A DNA stretch of 64,000 nucleotides. Source: Eledone cirrhosa. Lineage: Eukaryota. The stretch spans positions 116,808,001 to 116,872,000 of the forward strand of contig OZ024745.1 in NCBI GenBank assembly GCA_964016885.1, given 5' to 3'. Under the pieces are notes generated by a model, which searched no databases, was not told the DNA's origin, and was given only the letters and a program-made list of their open reading frames with translations. Positions 1 to 15,342 of this stretch are shown here, one piece after another; positions within the stretch are counted from its first letter, which is position 1; every line of letters begins with the position of its first letter. The position numbers were made by a program, and so were the translations under genes.

Positions 1-1560
1 CGTTACATGTAACCAAGCAATATGAAGTATTGACAGAAACCTAATAAATACACAACATGGCCGCTGCAGAAATACACACACCAAAGCAAGTCCTATTTTG
101 ACCTGACAGAAAATTAAGATGTTATCGTATAGTAGCGATATTCATCCAAATATCATACCACTTCACCTGCCGTCACATTCCAACTTGATTTGTGAAACTG
201 ATAATAAACAGTACACAACTCCAAATAGTTATATTTACAACCTATCGTCCAATGAATGCCTCGAACCATAAGGATAAGTTAGAACGATAGAAAAATTATT
301 CACTAAACTGACCCGAATGTATCTGCTTGTCAAATATGATGTTCTTTGGACAAGTAATTCTCTACTCATTTGTGGGCAATAATATTCCAGATCTCTGCTT
401 CACATATAACATGGAGTTTATCTATAACGTCAAAGTGACGCTGAAGATTTCCTCTGACCACATCATAATAAAACTAACAAGGATGGTGTAACACAGTAGA
501 TAGGCATGCTGCATGACGGACCTAATCTCCTACTAGTTTGAACTTTTAAAAACCTAACTAGAAACTGGATCAGTCAGAGATCCTCAAAGAAAACTGGTCC
601 GAATGCATCTCTATTCAAAACATTAACGTGAGCAATTTGTATCAATGATGCAAGCATATGCATTATACTTATCCAAGTGAAAAAGACCAACACAGACAAA
701 AATAAAATTTACAGTGACAAAAAAGATCTGATGGGAACAACATTCTCAAACCACCGCAATGAAAAACTTAAAAACAGCGGAAAATTCCACATAAAAAGGC
801 ATTGGTAGAAATTGAAATTGTAATGAGACAGTCCTGTGGAGAGGAAAGAGAATAAAAGGAAACCAGAACAGTAGAAAAAAAAAGGAAACAACTAAAAGCA
901 TTCTATAAATTTTCAAAGTCAGTTTCAGTAAACTACGAGATAGAGCTACTGTTCCAAAAAAATGGCCCATTGACTATCGGCTCTCAAAGGAGAAGTGAAA
1001 GTATTGTCACGTTCTTGATATGCAAATAAGTAAGCCACATGAGATATTTTCCATTACATATTGAGAAATGGTAAAATTGATCACATCGACATAATGGAAA
1101 AACTAGTAAGATCAGTCATAGAAGAAATGAGCTTCAACACAGTTACTTAATCTGGTGGGTTTCCAGCAATCCTCCTAAAAACTTGCTAACGGACCGAGCA
1201 AAACTATAACAGATCCTATGCCAAAGCTTCTTCGCAAGTAGTAAACTTCCAGGAAAGTTAAAAGGCCTATCCATAAAGGAGGAAGTAGAGCAGATGCTAA
1301 AAATGTCATACCTATTTTTCTCATCTCAGATACAAGCAAATTCACGGAATGAATTAGTGCATTATTAGAGTGAGATTGATCATGTTCCTAGAAGAAAGTG
1401 ACTTGCTAACACCCAGCATGACTTTTGTCCGAGAAGTTACCTCACATAGCTTTTACAGCACTACGACTTAATGTAATATATCTCAACTTTATGTCTTCAG
1501 TCATGTATGTCACAAACGGAATGATCTCTGAATAGCTGGAAAATTAGGGAAGTGGTTAAA
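1..1560 (+). pseudogene. Decayed CR1/L2-like LINE ORF2 fragment
   Basis: Broken-frame peptides near 1210-1480 (QILCQSFFASSKLPGKLK, PIHKGGSRADAKN, QHDFCPRSYLT*LLQHYD) resemble the start of a LINE RT domain; many stops. Confidence 0.55.
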
Positions 1561-1665
1561 TGCCCTTAGTTAACTATTTTATATATTTTTATAATCGATA
1601 TGATTAAAGATGTGAGAATATAGTGTACTAATGAATATGGTAATTCTTTTTTTCTATATAAACTC

Positions 1666-1920
1666 TAGTGGTCTAATGGTAAAGGCGTTGAACTTAGGAT
1701 CATAATGTCGTGATTTCGATTCCTGGGTTGTGTTCTTGAAGAAAACACTTCATTTCATGTCGCTCCAGTATACTCAGCTGAAAATAAACCAGCAATAGCT
1801 GGGGATTTAACCCTGCGATGGACTGGTGTCCTGTATAGGCGGGGTATTGTACTTTCAGTCGCTTCACGCCACTAAACTGGGATAAGCACCAGCCTAACGA
1901 GTTCTCTGGCTTGAGGCAGA
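1666..1920 (+). mobile_element. tRNA-derived SINE (CORE/Meta-like body)
   Basis: A-box-like TAGTGGTCTAATGGT, B-box-like TTCGATTCC, body ...AACCCTGCGATGGACTGG...; related copy on the minus strand at 62430-62690. Confidence 0.7.
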
Positions 1921-1975
1921 CTTTAGATAATTGTGAGATCAAGATACTATTCTACAGTGCTAAAACAACGTATTA

Positions 1976-2065
1976 CATCTGTTTGCTATTTCATCTGTTT
2001 GCTATTTCATCTGTTTGCTATTTCATCTGTTTGCTATTTCATCAACGTATTACATCTGTTTGCTA
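1976..2065. repeat. Short tandem repeat of CATCTGTTTGCTATTT
   Basis: 4-5 direct copies visible. Confidence 0.9.
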
Positions 2066-3009
2066 TGTCATTTCAGTACATAGCTTCGTTGTTTCATTTT
2101 GCCTACCTGATAAACATGTTCCTCACTGAGAGGTAACAGGTGTGACTAATGATATATAACTGTAAAAGAAAATACTTCAACAATCTTTATCTTTAAAAAA
2201 CGTTGCTCCAACAATATTTATCTATAAAGGTGTGCATGTGTAAACAAAAACCTCATGTTTACGGGCATAAAAAAAAAAGATATTGAGCTTTGTGGTGATC
2301 ACTTTCAAATGGAAGTTGTAAGTGCATGTGGTGCAGAATACGCAACCAAATTTTAATAATCGGTTGAAATTTATATTCTCGGTACAATGGATCATACTTA
2401 TATTTCTAATGCAATGGATTAAAAAACGACGAACGTCACGATTGATATTTTGTTGTCTTCTGACGTCAATGCACCAACTCAACCGCAGATAAATACTACC
2501 GTTTCTGATTAGACGAGCAGAAAATGAAGTCAACTCACATTTCATTTGATTTATGAAACAAGTCTCAGATAAATATACGCGTAACTGTAGTTAGGCTAAT
2601 TTTACTACAAAGAAACAAGTAGATATGAAATATCATATATATGAATGTAGTATTTTATATTTTATACTTTAGCAGATTGGAAGACAAAGAGTACTTCCTC
2701 TCAAATCACTAAAGCTGGTAAATGAATAGATTACTACTAGAAAACGTACAACCGCACATTCATTATTAGTCAATATCAGATCGAAGTCGTTCTAATGGAA
2801 TGAGTTCGCTTAGATTTTATCAACAGCAATCGCTCTTTTAATTGTAATCAACCTTTTCTAAGCTGTAATCTCAATTCATAGAGGTATCGTCTCTACCTGG
2901 AGTGACTCTCTCATCTCAGAGCTATGTACACTATCGAGTAATGTTACTCCAAAGATCCTTCGAACGAACCACATTTCGGCCAGTTTTATTCGCGATCGTA
3001 TTTTTTCTG

Positions 3010-4341
3010 TCATTACCCAAGATTCAACCAAAAGTAAGGTTTGGCAAGAATACCGAATTGAAGATAGCGAGTTTGGCTTTTACACCTACCTCCCTTTTGG
3101 TTACTGAATGCTGAAGCTGGTACATTACTGCACCACTTCCTACAATTCTTGCACTTAATTCAGCCTCCTGCCTTTCATCACTCGTGAACACATCCACGAT
3201 ATACTTGACCTTCACCTGCTTCAATGAAACTCCACTCACTTGTAGAATGAACTGGGAGGCTTCCTTGAGAGGATGAGGGACTGAATATTAACAGCACAGA
3301 TTTTCATTCCTGCCCTGCAATAACTTGGCAGAGAGCTAATCAAGTGCATGTCAGAGACCATCTTCTGACGAGTTAAGTAATACCTTGTCGTTCGCAAATT
3401 CCAGCCGACTGATTCTACACCCGTCAATCCAGTTCATGAAGATTATGAACAGGAAAGATGACAGTACGCACCCTTGGCTGAGTCCGACACCCACATTGAA
3501 TGGCTTTGATGTAGCAACATGTATCCGAAAACATGTACTAGAGCATTCATATATAGGTATCGGGACAATAAGTTGTCCATCGATCCCATATTCCTTCTAC
3601 AACACATCCCGCGGAGTCCGGTCTTGTGTATTGTCGAGGTCTACAAAACAAACATACATCTCTTGGTAATACTCCCACGATTTCTCAAAGACATGACGCA
3701 GTGTGAATATTTGGTCGGCTCTGTTACGCTCGGAGCGGAAAAACCCCACAGTTCATCATTTCGCTTGGACTCAACAATCTACATTTCTTTGCCAGACACT
3801 TAGCAGAGACTTTACCGGGAAGGCTTAACAAGGAGACTCCTCCATAATTGGAGAAATCCTTCGTCTCCCTTTTAGAAAATTGTGATTATCACTCCCGATC
3901 GCTATTTCTTAGGTGCCTTTCCAGAGATCCAGGCCATCCGGCTCACACGAGTCAGCCAGGGAAGACATTCTCTATGTAAGGATTTAACTTCTCGGTCCGG
4001 ATTTCATCTTCCCTGGCGGCCTTGTCACAATTCAGCTCTTTAATGTTTCTTGTGACCTCAACCTCTGAGAGGTTAGTCGTCACGTCTAGATGCATCGTAT
4101 GTACATCAGAAGTTGTTGCTGTGACCGAGTTTAGGAGAACAGCAAGGTGTTTTCTACACCTCCCGAGGATGCACTTCTCTGAGGAGAGGAGAACCCCAGA
4201 CGCGTTTCTGATAGCAAGCGTAAAGGGGGACTTCTCATTACGAAGTCGGTAGATGGTCTGCCAAAATACTTTATTTGCTTATCTGAAGTCGAATTCCACC
4301 TTAATCCCAAAGTCCTCCCATGGCTTAACTTTGGGAGCCTT

Positions 4342-4423
<82 letters not shown>

Positions 4424-4640
4424 TCTGACCTGTTACAGCTGCTTTTACATTGAGTGTAAGGAGAATCTACTTCCAAGCAAAGCTTTGTAAGCCTCCTTTG
4501 CTCGGATGGCATCTTTGACCTCTTGATTGAACCAAGAAGTCCTCCTACCACTCGGCACCACACCAAAGCTTTTCCCGCATCATTTAACAGCTGAAGCACA
4601 AACTTAAGTTTAAGACTTTTATTACATTTTGAACTCATCC
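3010..4640 (-). pseudogene. Decayed RTE-clade LINE RT fragment interrupted by (CT)n at 4344-4421
   Basis: SLKQVKVKY...ELSARIVGSGAVMYQL...VKAKLAIFNSVFLPNLTFG is typical of the RTE RT C-terminal region; same family on + at 50590-51082. Confidence 0.75.
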
Positions 4641-5384
4641 AGTACTTAATTATTTTTAAATACTTTTCTTCAACTACTCGGGGTAGGAATATTCATATCA
4701 TTTCAAACATTCTTCTCATTCTCTGAACATCTCAATACAAAATATTTGCAAACTTTCAGTCTTACTACTTCTTTTATTAATAGATAAATGGAACCACCAT
4801 GTGTTTGTCTAGTTTCTTTGTACAGTTTCTTTCAACTGTTCACCTACTTTTGTTTATCTCTGACATTATTCGAATGTATATATCCTGCCAACTTTTAATT
4901 TAGCCATTAATAATAGTGAAAACCTAAAGATCAGACTGATGAATATGCTCTGAAAGGTACAATTGGTTGAACTTATATCATTCATTCTAAACATGTTAAC
5001 TTAGTCTTTGCCGTCAAGAAATGTAGTTTCCTTTCTAGACAGTATATAATGGCTGATTTATTGAACTAAGTATAATTAAGATTCTAATAGAATAGTGTAT
5101 GTATTTAACTGAATGAGTTACGATTCTTTGAGATACAAAACCTTCTCAAAAATAAACTACTCCGTATTTTGAGTGTCCATTCACTTAGAACATTTTCTTT
5201 CGCCAGATTATTCCTCCTCCTTCCCTAATATAATTGTTCTGTCAAATAAAAGCACAAATGTTTCCCTAATATCCGACAGAAACTTTTAAACTCCTAGCTT
5301 GATCTTTCTTCGGAAAAATATTACCTTTATGTCAATAAATACCTGAAAGAAAGCAATATGTAACAATACCATTCGCCATTCTAA

Positions 5385-5648
5385 CTATACGATGTTCCTG
5401 AAGCTGAAGGGGAAACTCAAGAGTATCTGCTTTGAGGATGCGGAGATGAAGGAGACATTGACAAGCGCCCTGGACACCTTCACTTTGGAGGACTACAAGG
5501 AGGCCTTCCTGGAGTGGCTGGAGCACTACAACAAGTGCATTGGAGCTGGACGATCCTACTTTGAGGGAAACTAGAGTTTTGTGTTGATCTGAGTGAAATA
5601 AACGTTTCTCTTATAAAAGTCTTAAAACCTCTTGATTGTACCTCGTAT
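5385..5648 (+). mobile_element. mariner transposase 3' fragment with right TIR
   Basis: FLKLKGKLK...FLEWLEHYNKCIGAGRSYFEGN* matches the mariner C-terminus; ends ...TTGATTGTACCTCG-TA. Confidence 0.85.
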
Positions 5649-6107
5649 CTAGTACAAAGCTCTTATTTCATACGTATTATTTTCTTTAATGAATTTGAAT
5701 TCTTCTCTAGATTTGGTTGATGTTTTATTTTCGGGGTCTTTTTTCCTGACATGCAAATCCAAACATGTCAGGAAAAAGTTTCCCTTGATTGGGAAAACAA
5801 TGACAAATAAGGGTTGAGAAGAGGACGGTACTATCTCAATCGGTTACAACTGAACGTTCGATTCATTAAATTAATATGTAATCGACTCAATGTTCGACAG
5901 ACACGTATATCGTTAATGTAATTCCAGAGTCAAGTCAGCGTAACGCAACACTTTATGGTAAATGACTCTTGCCCAAAACATCAAGCAGCAGGGACGAACC
6001 TAGGAGTTAATGATTGCAAAGCGAACCATTCTGCCATGCTATGTCCTATAATATTGAATATCACAGTACATTACAATGCTCGCAACTGCTTTTAATGAAA
6101 ATAAAAC

Positions 6108-6300
6108 TAATAATTGTTTCTACTTTAGGCACAAGGCCAGCAATTATCCAGTACATTACTGGTACTTTATTTTATCGACCCCGTAAGGATGAAAGGCAAA
6201 GTTAACCTTGGCGGGATTTGAACTCAGACCGTAAAGGGACGTAACTATGCTAGAAAGCATGGCGTCCAACCCTCTACCGATACTGCCAATTCACCGCCTT
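6108..6300 (-). mobile_element. ~190-bp tRNA-derived SINE (octopus OR-type)
   Basis: Minus strand reads GGCGGTGAATTGGCAGTATCGGTAGAG...GAGTTCAAATCCC...(ATT)n; near-identical copies elsewhere in the window. Confidence 0.85.
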
Positions 6301-7409
6301 AAATAAAACTAATAATGAAACTAGGGATGAAAGGACTAAATATATTTTGTGTATATGTGTGACGCATGAACGAGTACTCTCCTCCTCCAACTAACTTATC
6401 CTCCACCTCTAGGTCCCGGCCGACAAGATGGAGAATATATTGCCCAGGAGGACTGAGAGTGAGACACGCTGGAACAGCTACTCCACCTCGTGGGGCAGGC
6501 AACTCCTCTCCGATAGTAGTGAGCAAGGATGGTAACATTTATTTTCACAGTTGTATTGGTTAAGAAGATCACTTTGCAATCATAAAGTCCCGAATCCCAT
6601 CCCACTGCTTGGCAACTTTCACAAACTTCGGGACAACTTAATCCCTGTCGAATTCCGTCGAATGGATTAATCTCTAATTCAAAGGTCCAGATTTATAACA
6701 CACTGTGTCACGCTGAATCCACCAGGGAATTGTTCAGTACAGGTGACACGTGACCATGGAATGCTCAGCCACTTAGAAGTCCGTCAATTTCAGGAAACCA
6801 AAAGAGGTCGAACCATTCATTTAAATAATGCAAGATTTCTATCTATTTTTCTATGGACTTGAGAATTCCATTAATTAGAAAATGCTTACGTTAGATTACT
6901 ATTACATCAATCTACAGTTAATATATATGAAACATTTCTTCAGAAACGTTGAAGACATTAATATTTGCAAAAGATGTTGTTATCAAGAAAGATTAGTTGA
7001 AATATAAATTTTGTATTAGACTATTATTAATGACTGCAGCTTTAAAATAGCAGGTGGTGGATATCTTTAACAACTTAAAACTACAGCTAATTTCCTCTTA
7101 AACTGAGACATGTCTACGAATATATATATATATTTATATGCAGAGGTTATATTTAATTTGTTGGGATTCAACAAGCTTAAAAATGTGTATAACTGATATA
7201 AAGCACTCAACAAGTTAGTGGAGTAAATATACAATATATTAATAAATGGAAACTATATTTATAAAACCATATTTATTTTATTATATATATTTCAAGGGCA
7301 ACCAAGGCAAATTATGGTGCGCTTTCATCAGATAAAATACAGATTTGTTTTATAAATAAATATTGACATACCCGGAAAAAAAGACAACATTAACGGTTGG
7401 AGCTTCCTG

Positions 7410-8555
7410 GATCATACTACTGTGATGTAGATAACATGGTGATCATATCATAACTATGATGTAGATAACAGTGGTGATCATATCATAACTATGATGTAGA
7501 TAACATGGTGATCACATCATAACTATGATGTAGATAACATGGTGATCATATCATAACTATGATGTAGATGACAATGGTGATTATATCATGACTATGATGA
7601 AGCTGACAGTGTGATCATATCATAACTATGATGTAGATAACATGGTGATCATATCATAACTATGATGTAGATAACAATGGTGATCATATCATAACTATGA
7701 TGTAGATAACAGTGGTGATGATATCATAACTATGATGTATATATCAGTGGTGATCAAATCATAACTATGATGTAGATAACAGTGGTGATCATATCATAAC
7801 TATGATGTAGATAACAGTGGTGATGATATCATAACTATGATGTATATATCAGTGGCGATTATATCATGACTATGATGTAGTTGACGTGGTGATCATATCA
7901 TAACTATGATGTAGATAACAGTGGTGATGATATCATAACTATGATGTATATATCAGTGGTGATCAAATCATAACTATGATGTAGATAACAGTGGTGATGA
8001 TATCATAACTATGATGTAGATAACAGTGGTGATGATATCATAACTATGATGTAGATAACAGTGGTGATCATATCATAACTATGATGTAGAAAACATGGTG
8101 ATCATATCATAACTATGATGTAGATAACAGTGGTGATCATATCATATCTATGATGTAGATATCAGTGGCGATTATATCATGACTATGATGTAGCTGACAG
8201 TGTGATCATATCATAACTATGATGTAGATAACAGTGGTGATGATATCATAACTATGATGTAGATATCAGTGGCGATTATGTCATGACTATGATGTAGCTG
8301 ACAATGGTGATCATATCATAACTATGATGTAGATGACATGGTGATTATATCATGACTATGATGTAGCTAACAATGGTGATCATATCATAATTATGATGTA
8401 GTTGACATGGTGATCATATCATAATTATGATGTAGTTGACATGGTGATCATATCATAATTATGATGTAGTTGACATGGTGATTATATCATGACTATGATG
8501 TAACTGACAATGATCATATCATAGCTATGATGTAGCTAACAATAGTGATCATATT
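7410..8555. repeat. 34-35-bp minisatellite, ~33 copies (GTGGTGATCATATCATAACTATGATGTAGATAACA)
   Basis: Direct tandem units; each contains the inverted pair ATCATA-ac-TATGAT. Confidence 0.95.
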
Positions 8556-8807
8556 ATCATGAGATAACTAAGCTAAAAACAAAAGTTACTATTATTACAT
8601 TCTGTTTTAGAAACGTTTCTATTATTTAACAAACGTTAGTATTCTTACATTTACATTTGTCTTTTTAAAAAACTATTGAGAAGATGTTGAAATTTGAAAT
8701 ATAAGATATTCTTTTTTATTAATGTTGTACTGAGAAGGAAGCTACTGTCTTATTAGAGATGTCTGACATCAGTTTTCAGAAATATCTAACCGTCATTTTC
8801 ATTATTA

Positions 8808-8962
8808 GTCGATTAAATTGACCCCAGTGCGAGACTGGTACTTTAATTTATCGACCCTGTAAGCTAACATCGGCGAGATTTGAACTCAGAACGTAAAGGA
8901 CCATAACTCTATGTCACCAAACATGTTGTCCAATGCTCTACCGATTCTGCCAACCCACCACC
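8808..8962 (-). mobile_element. OR-type SINE, older copy
   Basis: CTGGTACTTTAATTTATCGACCC...GATTTGAACTCAGAACGTAAAG matches the family. Confidence 0.75.
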
Positions 8963-9289
8963 CTACATCTACAAACATATAATGGGAGGTTACAGTCTCT
9001 GGACGTAAAAGTTGTTGTTTGGCAGTTGGTCAGTATTTACCAAACTTATGATTAAGGCCAGAAATGACTCTCCCGTCTTTTCTAGAAATATATGTTAATT
9101 ATTTAAGACACTTGAGATTTTTATATCTTGAATTTGTAAATTATTTCGTTCGTTATAGGTTTACAACAGGCAAATTGATATCTCTTGTAGCTATGGATGG
9201 GGCCATTATGGACCAACCCATAAACAAAAAACTTGATATGATACAAAAAAAGTATTGTCATTATTAAACTCAGCGGCTCCAAATTACTC

Positions 9290-10760
9290 AAGAACAGGTC
9301 TCAATCTTGGGTCAGCAGAAACAAAGCAAAATTTTGTTGACCAGTGTAATTGGTTCACTGCATTTCTGATAGCAAGAAGGAAGTATTTCTGCATACGGTC
9401 TCTAAAAGTATGAATCTCATGGTCCCAGATTACTATTGTGACATTTTATGGAATATTTCAAATTCTGATTATCAAATGCAAAAAGCTCCTGTTTACAGTG
9501 TAGGACTCGGCATCGTGTATCCAGAGGTCGTACATGTGTTGGAATGAATGTACTGGCTCTTGTAAAATTCTATCTATCATACTGCTCTGATTTCAGATGG
9601 ATTGTGTATTTGAAGACAATTGATCGTGTAACTTTTCCTTGCATCAGCGCCATCAACTACAATAATTCAAAGAACTTTCTTCCTAAATGCAGTAAATTGT
9701 TTGAGTATGCTTTCGGAGATATTCGTCCCACATAGACCGACGGATTCCAGAATGCTTCGGGTTTAAATTATTCTAATAATGGATCTTCCTTCTTTTCCCA
9801 GATTGCTTGCAGTTTTTCAAAACACACTCAAGTCTTTCTGCAGTTCTACTGCATGAAATAAATATTTATTCTACTCACATCATCTTCTTGTATATAGTTA
9901 CACTCAAAATTTCAAGCCGCTTTATCACACGTAGTTATCAATTCCAAACGTGCAATGCAAGGTTTTGGAGGGCTTTTTATCCTTGATAGAACCAGTGTTA
10001 TAGATTTTCATTACTCGAATGTTACTTTCCAACCGTCTATCAGTTGATTTTATCCGGTCAAATTCTTCATTGAAGCAAGCTGCTATTCCATTGATAACTC
10101 CTATCAACCTTCATGATATCATCAGCATCGATCTACAAAGACTGACGACAGAAGTGTCCTAAGTATTGAACTTTATAGGACAGTTTTATTGATAGGTGGT
10201 GGACCACGGTATCTTTATCCGTTTCCTGTATAAACCCTTGCATTCGAGCTAATACAAAACTGTCAAAAGGTCCTTTGACGTCCAAACCTATGACACGTAG
10301 CTCCTGGTTTATATGAAGGTTGTTGTTCAATGTCCGAAAAAGAACAATCCGAATATTTGCTACGCTATTGCTTGGTCAGAATCTGAAGTGATTTTTTTAG
10401 ATTAGTTTCCTCTTCAGGAGATAGATTTGCAGTTGTTTGTGAACTAATATTTCCTTGCCTTTGCTGAAGATGCTTAGTAATGAAATAGGCCAGTATTTTG
10501 ATGGATTCTAACGGCTTCCACCCGTTCAAAAATACACCTCAAGAAAAGCACAGGGGAAGAAGAAAGCACAGCGTTGTGGGTTAGTTCCATACAACATTCA
10601 TTCAAGACTTTGACAAAATTTGTACCAGGGCTGTCCACCACCTTGAAAAAATATATTGCTACTTCAAGATATTTAGTTACATATCTTCCACGAGTACAAA
10701 CCCGGCTATGGTCAAATTTCACTCTTACATACGGCCAACCAGACGGCGAATTACCAGAGT
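9290..10760 (-). pseudogene. Highly decayed LINE endonuclease/RT relic
   Basis: QELRVIGLDVKGPFDS at ~10260-10310 resembles the RT LDxxxAFD motif; fragmented frames. Confidence 0.45.
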
Positions 10761-11494
10761 CGTTAGAACATCTGATGGAATTTTTTTGCGGCATTCGTTT
10801 CAACTCTCTGCTCCCTGAGTTCAAATCCCACCGAGATCAATTTTGCCTTTCATCCTTTCAAGGTCGATAAAAGAAGTACCATTCACGCACTGGGGTCGAT
10901 TCTTCCTCTAATATCTCTTTCTCACTTCCATTCTCTCATTCTCTCTATCCTATTCTGGAAGAAATCTGTTGTTTCAGAACTGGAGAGATGGGCTCCGCCA
11001 GGTTTTAATCTGCCCTAGAAACGCCGTATGTCAATGCGGCGCTCCTACGATTCCCATACATTTAAGATATAAATGATCTAACACAAAAATACAAGACAAA
11101 TGCTCTCACAGCATTTCTGGATTCTTAACCTATAAGCAAATTATCCCAAAGGATAATCTGCTTATAGGTTATCCATTCAAGTTCTATAAAAAAAATGTAC
11201 CAGTCTAATACTGGGGTCGATTCTTCCTTTATATGTATTTCTTACTTCCATTCTCTCACTCACTATATCATTTTCTGGAAGAAATCAGATGTACTTCTCC
11301 AGTTTTAAAAGAGATAGTTAACTATGCCATGTGTCAATATGGCGACCCTACTACTCCCTGGTAAGTTATAGAACCCTGTATGAGACCAACTCTATCTTTC
11401 AATAATACAAACAATTCTACCTTTCAACAAGTTTGTCGTCATCTGCCAAATCAGTATTAAAGACAGGTGAAAATAGGATTACTGCACAAAAGAT

Positions 11495-13090
<1,596 letters not shown>

Positions 13091-13141
13091 ATTAAGTCAA
13101 ATAAATAAAATTTGGCTTCGTTTATTATAAATTATAGATAT

Positions 13142-13196
13142 ACTGCTATATATATTTCGGTGACAGCCATCATTTGCTGTGACGTCTTCAGGCAGT
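13142..13196 (-). ncRNA. Minimal type I hammerhead ribozyme
   Basis: Minus strand: ACTGC-CTGAAGA-[cgtcACAGC...GCTGTcacc]-GAAA-TATATA-TA|GCAGT; perfect 5-bp stem I, intact core, palindromic stem III. Confidence 0.8.
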
Positions 13197-13954
13197 CCGA
13201 ATTGGTGTGGTAGAGACGGGTACACGTGTTGTTTAAGTGTGTTTTACTCCGTCAATACTCCGATATGTCCAGCTCCTGGTTGCGTTGTCATTTCTCTGAG
13301 GAACTGGAATCATATGAATTAGAACAAACGAATTTCGGCGTCATAGGAAACTCTCTCATCCCATTGGTCAGTTGTGAGAACATTCCTCAGTCAAAGGTCT
13401 ATAGACATTTTTCTGAGGCAAGACAATCTGTTGTAGTTGTTTTTGTTTAAGTGCAGCTGACCTCCATTGTGTTGATAGTGGTAGTGGTGTTAAGGGGTCA
13501 GCTGGCAGGTCAGCTTTGGTTTGCTGCTGCTATGTTCAGAAGAATTTGTGTGGGGGTTGGCATCTATCCTGCCACCATTTTACGTAGTGGGGGTGCCAAA
13601 CAAATAAAAAAATAAAATGCGTGTGTATCAAAGATTTGGAAAGTATTAACTGTGTGTCAGAATCGAGAAGTGTAAAGAATTACAATTCTTACACTATCAT
13701 CAGCGTTTTAAGAGCAACTGAGACAAAACTGGAGTGTAAAACACCAAAACCTGAGTGTCAAAATCCGGAAATGCAAAGGACTACAGTTTCTATTTCGGCA
13801 TAAAGTACATATACGTGTATGTCAACGCACATCGGTGCAAGCACTCACGCACAAACACAGGCGTATCCCATATGTATATATATATACACACACATATATA
13901 CACACACACAGACATTATACACGCACACACATATATACACACACACACATATAT

Positions 13955-14009
<55 letters not shown>

Positions 14010-14204
14010 TACATGCAAGTATCTATGTATGTATAATTTTAAATAACAGTATCTATGTATGGACATATGTATAAGTATGTGGTGCCATAGGAGTCGATCG
14101 AGGCATAGTAGGGGTTCTGAGTGTGTGGGGTAGTTTACCTTGGGCTCAGTGTGGCGGGGCTACTGTCTCTATAGCTTGAGGGAAGTTCCCATCCCAATGT
14201 GTTG

Positions 14205-14810
14205 TTATTGTCCATATAGCTTGAGGAAGGTCCCGGCCCTGAGGTGTCTGCATGTACCGAAGAAGTCAGTCCTGAGGTTTATTAGGCTGCTTCCACCGCT
14301 GAGTATCTCAAGAGTCTCGCTCAGACATAGTTTGCAGATGCCAGATCCCCCTCTATCAGGTGGTACTTTCCTGATGTTGGACCAGGCCAGAGATTACGGG
14401 GTCCTGTCCAGCTTGAGCTTCCAGATCAGTTCGGAAAGAGCCGTAATTTTCCTTTTGTCCTCCCTATTAAAGGAATGGCGATGGTTATACCATCGGTCTT
14501 TGAAGCTCGTTGATGTGGCTCCTATGTAAAGGTGTTCAGAGGTGGGGCTTTTTATTCTACATCCGTATATTAAGTTCTTCCTTAGGCATTCATTACTAAA
14601 GTGGCATAATGTGGGGGTTCTGCAGTTGCAGGAGGTGGTCGACGCCCGAGTGCCTAATGTGGAGTTCCCGTTGCGTATTATAGGGTGGTCTTCTCCCAGG
14701 CCCGGTGGAGGGGGGTCCCTGGGTCTGTTTCGGTTCTCAGGGTGGGTAGTGGGTCCACCCTTCCTTCCCTCCACATGGCTCTGCTGGGTACTTATATTGC
14801 CAGGACCACC
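14205..14810 (-). pseudogene. Penelope-like GIY-YIG endonuclease, Naiad-like
   Basis: CNC-x5-C-x5-C, NLIY...YIGATSTSFKDRWYNH; after one TAA the frame continues ICKLCLSE...CRH. Confidence 0.85.
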
Positions 14811-15342
14811 CTATAATACGCAACGGGTATTTATATATGTATGTGTGTATGTGTGTATTTGTATGTGTATGTATGTATATATTGTATGTATGTTTATGTA
14901 TATATTATATGTATGCACTGTGTATGTATATATGTGTATATGTATATGTGTAACTATGTGTATGTGTATGTATATATATGTATATGTATATACATATATG
15001 AGTGTGTATATATAGATATATGTATATACATAGATATGTATATACATATATATATATATGTATATACATATATGTGTGTGTATATACATATATGTGTGTG
15101 TATATATATATATATATGTGTGTGTATGTATATATATATATATATATATATTTATTTATTTGTTTGTGTGTATATATGTATCTGTCTATGCCTGTGTATA
15201 TATACACACACATATATATATATATATATATATGTATATGTGTCGGTGTATGTATGTGTATGTATATATATACATGTACGTGTGTGTATATATGTATATA
15301 TGTGTATATGTGTATGTGTGTGTGTATATATATATATATATA

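Noticed and set aside
5740-5777. 14-bp hairpin resembling a terminator
   Set aside because: Isolated, eukaryotic context, no associated transcription unit.
7410-8555. CRISPR-like palindromic 35-bp repeats
   Set aside because: No unique spacers, no cas genes, eukaryotic context; the same applies to the 20- and 21-bp arrays.
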